DNA of 64,000 nt from a virus (lineage: Duplodnaviria > Caudoviricetes), in the IMG/VR virus record IMGVR_UViG_3300007735_000883, positions 2,141 to 66,140 of that record; one strand, given 5' to 3'. Position 1 is the first letter of the stretch. Each line of letters begins with the position of its first letter. The notes beneath the pieces were generated by a model. That model searched no databases. It was given only the letters and a program-made list of their open reading frames with translations, and was not told where the DNA came from. Made by a program: the position numbers and the translations under genes. Below are positions 58,604-64,000 of this stretch, in pieces.

Positions 58604-60324
58604 TCACATTCAAGACTGTTCGTTTTAAAAACTTTGGTTCGTTTGGTAATACATTTACCGAAATCAACCTGAACAAAAACAACACAACTCTGGTGTGTGG
58701 TTCTAACGGTAACGGCAAATCGTTTGCGTTCTTAGACTCTATTAGCTTTGCCCTGTTCGGCAAACCGTTCCGCAACATGAACATTCCCCAACTTGTAAAC
58801 AGCATCAACAAGAAAAATTGTGTGGTGGAATTAGAGTTTAGTATTGGCAAGACAGAATATAAAATTGTTCGTGGTCTGGCTCCCAAAGTGTTTAAGATCT
58901 ATAAGGACGACGAACTGGTAAACGAAGACGCCAAGAGCAAAGACTACCAGAAGATCTTAGAAGAACAGATCGTGGGCATGAACCACAAAACGTTCTCTCA
59001 GGTAGTTGTGCTAGGCTCGTCTTCGTTTATTCCGTTTATGCAGTTAACCCCTGCAGATCGTCGTCTGGTTATTGAAAATATCTTAGACATCGGTATTTTT
59101 TCGGAGATGAATGGTGTACTAAAAACCAAGATTGGTACTGCCAAAGGCAACCTACAGGCAGTAGAGTCTGAACTATTGTTAGTAAACGAGAAAGTTTCTG
59201 CAACCAAAGAGGTGTTGGAGTCGTACCAACGCAACACGTCAGATCGTGTGGCAGACCGTAAAAAAACTCTGGAAGAAAACACCGAAACCATCAAGGCCCT
59301 TTCCAAGGAGATCAAAGCTCTTCAAAAGACCATGAAGGAACTGGAAGTTGAAACAGAACCAGGTGATCAGATCAGTGCTGAACTTAAAAAACAACAAATT
59401 GTACTTTTTAAACTGGAAAGTACTATTGAGGGAGTTCAAGAAGACATCAAGTTCTTTGAAAAGAACCAAAGTTGCCCAACCTGCAAACAAACCATCAGCA
59501 AGGAACACAAAGAAACAGTTATTGCCGAAAAGACAGAAAAAGCACAAGAACATAACCGTTCACTGGAACGCATAAAAGAAGCAATCAATATGTCTAAGAA
59601 TAATTTGAACAAGATTACCAGTGTTCAAAATAAACTTAATGATCTAATCATCAAAGCTTCTGCCAAAGAGCAAACAGTAGAGTCTCTGGTTAAACTAAAC
59701 CAAAAGTTAGATCAGGAGATGCTGGCGGTTGTAGAAACCGCAGACACACAAGCCAAGATTCAAGAAGCACAGGAACGTCTTTCTGATCTGCTATCCAAAC
59801 AAGAAAAACTTTTGGAAAAGAAACAGAAAGCTCTTGACACACTTCGTTCGTATGATAAACTGGTATTCTTGTTCAAGGACAGTGGAATCAAAGCCAAGAT
59901 TGTAAAATACTACATTCCACTAATTAACAAGTACGTGAACAAGTATCTGAACAACATGGACTTCTACGCAAACTTCCATCTAGACGAGGAGTTTAACGAA
60001 GTCATTAAGAGCCGCCATCGTGACGAGTTCTGTTACGAGTCGTTCAGCGAAGGCGAGAAGATGAGGATCGATCTGGCACTGCTTCTGACATGGCGAGAGA
60101 TCGCAAAGTTGAAGAACAGTGTCAATACTAATCTGCTTATTCTGGATGAAGTATTTGATTCCAGTTTGGACAGTGGTGGAGTGGATGAGCTAATGAAACT
60201 GCTGTCTAGTTTTGGTGCCCGTGCAAACGTTTATGTCATTAGCCATAAGACGGACCAGTTACTAGATAGATTCAATCACGTTGTTCAATTCGACAAGAAA
60301 AAGAATTTTAGCAGGATTGTATGA
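58600..60324 (+). CDS. gp46: Recombination ATPase gp46 (Rad50/SbcC-like)
   Basis: FKNF.S.GN, GSNGNGKS, CPTC zinc hook, FSEGEK signature, LLILDE, VISH. Confidence 0.97.
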   Translation: MITFKTVRFKNFGSFGNTFTEINLNKNNTTLVCGSNGNGKSFAFLDSISFALFGKPFRNMNIPQLVNSINKKNCVVELEFSIGKTEYKIVRGLAPKVFKIYKDDELVNEDAKSKDYQKILEEQIVGMNHKTFSQVVVLGSSSFIPFMQLTPADRRLVIENILDIGIFSEMNGVLKTKIGTAKGNLQAVESELLLVNEKVSATKEVLESYQRNTSDRVADRKKTLEENTETIKALSKEIKALQKTMKELEVETEPGDQISAELKKQQIVLFKLESTIEGVQEDIKFFEKNQSCPTCKQTISKEHKETVIAEKTEKAQEHNRSLERIKEAINMSKNNLNKITSVQNKLNDLIIKASAKEQTVESLVKLNQKLDQEMLAVVETADTQAKIQEAQERLSDLLSKQEKLLEKKQKALDTLRSYDKLVFLFKDSGIKAKIVKYYIPLINKYVNKYLNNMDFYANFHLDEEFNEVIKSRHRDEFCYESFSEGEKMRIDLALLLTWREIAKLKNSVNTNLLILDEVFDSSLDSGGVDELMKLLSSFGARANVYVISHKTDQLLDRFNHVVQFDKKKNFSRIV

Positions 60325-61061
60325 AAAAGAAAAAGAAAAAGGTGTCACGTCGTATTGGTAGGGGAGACTCTGTAGACTCTCTGATTATGGGCAGTGAGCC
60401 TGCTTGGAAAGATACAGACAAACTAACTCCAGAAGAATACGACACCAAAATCCTTAAGGCTATTAATTGGTACAGTTATTCGTGTGATAATAATATGTGC
60501 AAGCCTTGGGTCATTGACTGGATGATGAAGAATGGTTATTCTAAAAAGGATATCAAGGCGGCTGCAGCATGCGATATCAATGCCATGGAGTTTATGTACA
60601 TTGGTAGCCGCTGTCGTATCATGAATCTGGGAGCCAAACTACGACCAGAAACTCTGGATATGATCAAGAAAAACGTAGACCAGATTATCCACCAAGGGCT
60701 GGTTCGTCCGGCCAAGGTTGAAGACCCTAACAAGGAAAAGGTAAATGTTCAAGAACGTATTCTAAAGAAAAGTATAGAATACATGGCTGTGATTGAAGGC
60801 CGTATTGACCATTTTTACGATCTAGCAATTCACGACGGTTTAAAAAATGTAGACCATACCGAATGGCTTCGTAGTGAGGGCATCAAACCCGTACACCATA
60901 AGCGTCTAGCTAAAGTTCTAGACCCCCACATTAAAGAACTAAAAACTGCATATAAAGGACAAGATGCAGATCTAAAAGAAGGGTTTTCGTTTCTCGGCAA
61001 ACGTAAGATCAAACAAATCATAACTACTTTAGAGGAATTTAAGGACGTTTTAAATGGCTGA
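60321..61061 (+). CDS. Hypothetical protein
   Basis: 246 aa, coupled to gp46; G.EP, A.NWY, V.VQER, L.EGF motifs seen in T4-like hypotheticals. Confidence 0.7.
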   Translation: MKKKKKKVSRRIGRGDSVDSLIMGSEPAWKDTDKLTPEEYDTKILKAINWYSYSCDNNMCKPWVIDWMMKNGYSKKDIKAAAACDINAMEFMYIGSRCRIMNLGAKLRPETLDMIKKNVDQIIHQGLVRPAKVEDPNKEKVNVQERILKKSIEYMAVIEGRIDHFYDLAIHDGLKNVDHTEWLRSEGIKPVHHKRLAKVLDPHIKELKTAYKGQDADLKEGFSFLGKRKIKQIITTLEEFKDVLNG

Positions 61062-61374
61062 TCTTCCACAAGTTTTTAAAGTTTCTGATTCATCAGGATC
61101 ATGTATACAGTATATAAAAGGCGATATTGTATATAAAAAAGGGAAAGCATATATTGCAACCAGAAACCCAGATCTGTGTAAATCGCCAGAACACATAGAT
61201 TCTGGCTGGGCTCCCTTAAACAGTGAACGTGCAGGAAAATCTGTAATATTTTTTAGTTCTACTACTCCACCAACTAGAGTAGACTCTGGTGACGAATGGT
61301 ACAATCCAAACACTGGAAAATTATACAAATACATTGTTGATACAGATTCAGAACAATGGGTGCAAATATTTTGA
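61054..61374 (+). CDS. Small protein with CBM-like and fibre-like motifs
   Basis: Y.KGDIV.K.GK.Y.A and PP....GD.WY....GKLY.Y......QWV motifs. Confidence 0.6.
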   Translation: MADLPQVFKVSDSSGSCIQYIKGDIVYKKGKAYIATRNPDLCKSPEHIDSGWAPLNSERAGKSVIFFSSTTPPTRVDSGDEWYNPNTGKLYKYIVDTDSEQWVQIF

Positions 61375-61398
61375 CTTTTGTTTTTTATGTGGTATAGT
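61371..61398 (+). promoter_or_regulatory. Sigma70-type promoter with extended -10 (TTGACT-N16-TATAGT) for rnh
   Basis: TTGACT 61371-61376, TGG-TATAGT 61390-61398, ATG 6 nt later. Confidence 0.65.
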
Positions 61399-61404
61399 TA
61401 AAGT

Positions 61405-62241
61405 ATGTTACTTATTGATAACAACCAGATTATTCTGGCTAATATTTTTCAGGCATCTAAAGATGGCGAACCTCTAAACGAAGATTACATTCGCCACACA
61501 GTTCTGAACACGTATCGTAAATATCGCACAAAGTTTCGTCAATACGGAGAGATGATTCTCTGTAATGACGGCAATAACTATTGGCGTAAAGATATTTTTC
61601 CGTATTATAAAGCCAACCGTAAAAAGCAGCAAGAAGCTAAAAAGGACGAGTGGAAAGCCGTCTTTGATGTGTTGGATACCATTCGTGAAGAAATCAAAGA
61701 TATATTTCCGTATCCTAGTCTTCGCCTAAAGGGAGCAGAAGCAGACGATATTATCTATACACTTTGCAAGACGTATTCACAAAGTGAAAAGGTTCTTATT
61801 GTATCTAATGATAAGGATTTTCAACAACTACAAATTTTTCCTAATGTGGAACAATACAGCCCCACTACAGATAAATACCTTATGTGTTCAGATCCTCGTG
61901 GAGTGCTTTTTGAACACATTCTAGGGGGCGATTCCAGTGATGGAATTCCTAATATTCTTAGTGATGATGACACTTTTGTGCGAGATGGTAAGCGGCAAAC
62001 GCCAATGACACAAAAGCGTATCGCGCAGCTAAAGGCTGATGCAGAGCAATCTGGATTTTATGAAAATCCTAAATATATTCGTAATAGCACCCTGATTGAT
62101 ATGAGTAATGTACCCCAAGATCTACAAGATCGTATTCTAGAAACCTACGAATCACAGAAAGGAAAAGGCAGAGATAAACTGCTTCAGTATTTTATTGATC
62201 ACAAACTGAAGACTCTTATGCCACATCTAGAGGAATTTTGA
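61405..62241 (+). CDS. rnh: RNase H / 5'-3' exonuclease (T4 rnh)
   Basis: L.D.NQI, YWR...FP.YKA.R, AEADDII, S.DKDF.QLQ, GD..DGIPN.LS.DD. Confidence 0.95.
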   Translation: MLLIDNNQIILANIFQASKDGEPLNEDYIRHTVLNTYRKYRTKFRQYGEMILCNDGNNYWRKDIFPYYKANRKKQQEAKKDEWKAVFDVLDTIREEIKDIFPYPSLRLKGAEADDIIYTLCKTYSQSEKVLIVSNDKDFQQLQIFPNVEQYSPTTDKYLMCSDPRGVLFEHILGGDSSDGIPNILSDDDTFVRDGKRQTPMTQKRIAQLKADAEQSGFYENPKYIRNSTLIDMSNVPQDLQDRILETYESQKGKGRDKLLQYFIDHKLKTLMPHLEEF

Positions 62242-62423
62242 TGTATACCCCAGAACCTGAATCAGAGTATGAGCGTTGGAGGCGCGAACAGAAAGAAGCA
62301 GCAGCACGTCGAAAGAAAAAGCGTGGCCGAAAACCCAATCAGCAAGGTTGGTTAAATGATCTACGCCACGGCCACACTTCTGATAATGATGATTTTGAAA
62401 ACTTTGAACGATTCAACAAATAA
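62241..62423 (+). CDS. Small basic hypothetical protein
   Basis: Fills the rnh-gp45 gap; AGGA SD; TGA/ATG overlap with rnh. Confidence 0.6.
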   Translation: MYTPEPESEYERWRREQKEAAARRKKKRGRKPNQQGWLNDLRHGHTSDNDDFENFERFNK

Positions 62424-62437
62424 AGGAATTTTATATT

Positions 62438-63124
62438 ATGACTAAAGCGACAACAACAATTTCTAAGGACACCCTGAACATTCTTAAGAACTTCAGTGGT
62501 ATTAACTCTAATCTGTACGTAAAGCCCGGATCTAAACTGGTAACCATGTCTCCTACTAAGAACATTATGGCAGAAGCGGAAGTAGACGAGACGTTTGATA
62601 CTGAATTTGGTATTTGGGATCTCAACAAGCTGCTGGGTGTAATTTCGCTGTTCCAAGATCCAGAAATGGCATTTGGAGACAAGCACATGACCATTACCGG
62701 TGCTCGTGGATCCACAGTAAAGTATTACTACTCTGATCCTAAGCTTCTATCGTATCCCACAAAGAGCATCAAGAAAGTTGATGCTGTGGTAGAGTTTGAT
62801 CTCACTGCAGACGACTTTAAAGAGCTACAGCGAGCAGCAGCAGTTCTAGGTAATCCAGATCTCTCATTTATTTCTAGAGACGATACCGTTCTTGCGATTG
62901 TTCGTGATCTCAAAGATCCTACCTGTAACGTTTTTTCTATTGAGGTTGGTGAGAATCCTGAAGGTGCAGATTTTTCGTTCAACTTCAAGATGGAAAACAT
63001 GAAGATGCTGGACGGTGACTACCATGTAGCACTATCCAAGAGTGTGATCGGTCAGTTTACCCACGCCAGCCGTCCCCTGACGTACTGGGTAGCCATGGAT
63101 GCCAGCAGTACCTACAAGGCGTAA
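62438..63124 (+). CDS. gp45: Sliding clamp gp45
   Basis: IS..TL.ILKNF..IN, NI.A.A...E.F...F.I.DL..L, F..EN.K...GDY.V, YW.A.D. Confidence 0.95.
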   Translation: MTKATTTISKDTLNILKNFSGINSNLYVKPGSKLVTMSPTKNIMAEAEVDETFDTEFGIWDLNKLLGVISLFQDPEMAFGDKHMTITGARGSTVKYYYSDPKLLSYPTKSIKKVDAVVEFDLTADDFKELQRAAAVLGNPDLSFISRDDTVLAIVRDLKDPTCNVFSIEVGENPEGADFSFNFKMENMKMLDGDYHVALSKSVIGQFTHASRPLTYWVAMDASSTYKA

Positions 63125-63125
63125 T

Positions 63126-64000
63126 ATGCTAACCGCAAACGACAGTATCGGACTTCTTGTAGAGAAGTATCGTCCGGCTATTATTCAAAACTGTGTACTT
63201 CCCAAAGATCTTAAAGCCACCTTTGAGGCAATTGTAGATTCTGGAGAGTGCCCTAATCTACTACTAGCAGGTAAGCCCGGTATGGGAAAGACCACAGTGG
63301 CAAAGGCTCTGTGTACTCAACTGGGAGCAGACTATATTTTAATCAACTGTTCTGAAGACGGTAATATTGATACTCTACGAACCAAGATTCGACAGTTTGC
63401 CAGTACGGTATCTCTGTCGGAGGGAGCCAAACAAAAGATTGTTATTCTGGACGAGTTCGACTACTCGAACGCTCAGAGTATTCAGCCAGCCCTTCGTGGA
63501 GCTATTGAGGAGTTTGCCAAGACGTGTCGGTTTATCCTGACGTGTAACTACAAGAACCGTATTATTGAACCTATCCATTCTCGCTGTACGGTTATTGATT
63601 TTACCTTTCCGTCCAAGGAACGTCCAGAACTAGCCAAGGAATTCTTGGCTCGTTGTCAGGCTATTCTGGATGAGGAAGGTATCCAGTACGATCTCAAGGT
63701 GCTGTCTAAGGTCGTCGTCAAGTTTTTTCCGGATTTTCGTCGTACCTTGAATGAACTCCAGCGGTATTCTGCTGCTGGAGTTATTGATATTGGAATTTTG
63801 AGCACCGCTGGAGAACTTAATATCAAGGAACTGATGGGATTCCTAAAGACCAAGAACTTTACGGAGATCCGTAAGTGGGTGGCTAACAACCTAGACAACA
63901 GCCCCCAGGACGTGTTTAGGAAGGTCTACGATGGCTTATACGAGCATCTAGACCCCAAGAGCATCCCTCAGGCGGTTGTGATTCTAGGCGAATACCAATA
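63126..64000 (+). CDS. gp44: Clamp loader large subunit gp44 (3'-truncated by the window; missing from the supplied ORF track)
   Basis: My translation: MLTANDSIGLLVEKYRP...PNLLLAGKPGMGKTTVAKALC...ILDEFD...QPALRG.IEEF...FILTCNYKNRIIEPIHSRC...FPDFRR.LNELQRY. Confidence 0.96.
   Translation, partial: MLTANDSIGLLVEKYRPAIIQNCVLPKDLKATFEAIVDSGECPNLLLAGKPGMGKTTVAKALCTQLGADYILINCSEDGNIDTLRTKIRQFASTVSLSEGAKQKIVILDEFDYSNAQSIQPALRGAIEEFAKTCRFILTCNYKNRIIEPIHSRCTVIDFTFPSKERPELAKEFLARCQAILDEEGIQYDLKVLSKVVVKFFPDFRRTLNELQRYSAAGVIDIGILSTAGELNIKELMGFLKTKNFTEIRKWVANNLDNSPQDVFRKVYDGLYEHLDPKSIPQAVVILGEYQ

Noticed and set aside
3469-62231. Frequent TCTAGA/CTAG sites (e.g. 3469, 7194, 9075, 58033, 62226) as a sign of modified DNA
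   Set aside because: Not quantified, and largely explicable by CTA-GAN (Leu-Asp/Glu) codon pairs
1-64000. Alternative genetic code (none of the 54 complete genes ends in TAG: 40 TAA, 14 TGA)
   Set aside because: Genes are full length under the standard code with no in-frame TAG, and TAG is rare in AT-rich T4-like phages anyway
1-64000. tRNA, rRNA or structured ncRNA genes
   Set aside because: Intergenic gaps are all under ~90 bp and show no cloverleaf; only terminator hairpins were found

Overview
A gene-dense, AT-rich 64-kb segment of a large T4-like (Tevenvirinae/Kyanoviridae-like) myophage genome. It holds a gp33-gp32 island, a minus-strand gp4/gp54-like/gp26(+gp51) block and a plus-strand baseplate cluster (gp48, gp53, hub, gp25, gp6, gp7, gp8). 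After these come ~13 kb of large Cys-rich fibre-like genes, the neck/packaging/tail/head module (gp13-gp23, gp3), and recombination/replication genes (uvsY, uvsW, gp55, gp47, gp46, rnh, gp45, gp44 cut off by the window end). No tRNA, CRISPR, intron, intein or transposase was seen. The unusual part is the tail/baseplate. gp53 appears split around a ~7.2-kb RCC1-repeat block bounded by in-frame FETG/TTTGAAACCGG repeats, and the hub gene (and possibly gp8) also appears split. gp26 and gp51 are fused through a T10 slippery tract. The sheath and candidate tape measure are very short, and no gp5/PAAR spike gene is visible. Virion proteins carry many G[AS]CC cysteine modules and a pervasive G-hydrophobic-T motif. 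All homology calls come from recognising motifs and synteny by eye; no database searches were run.
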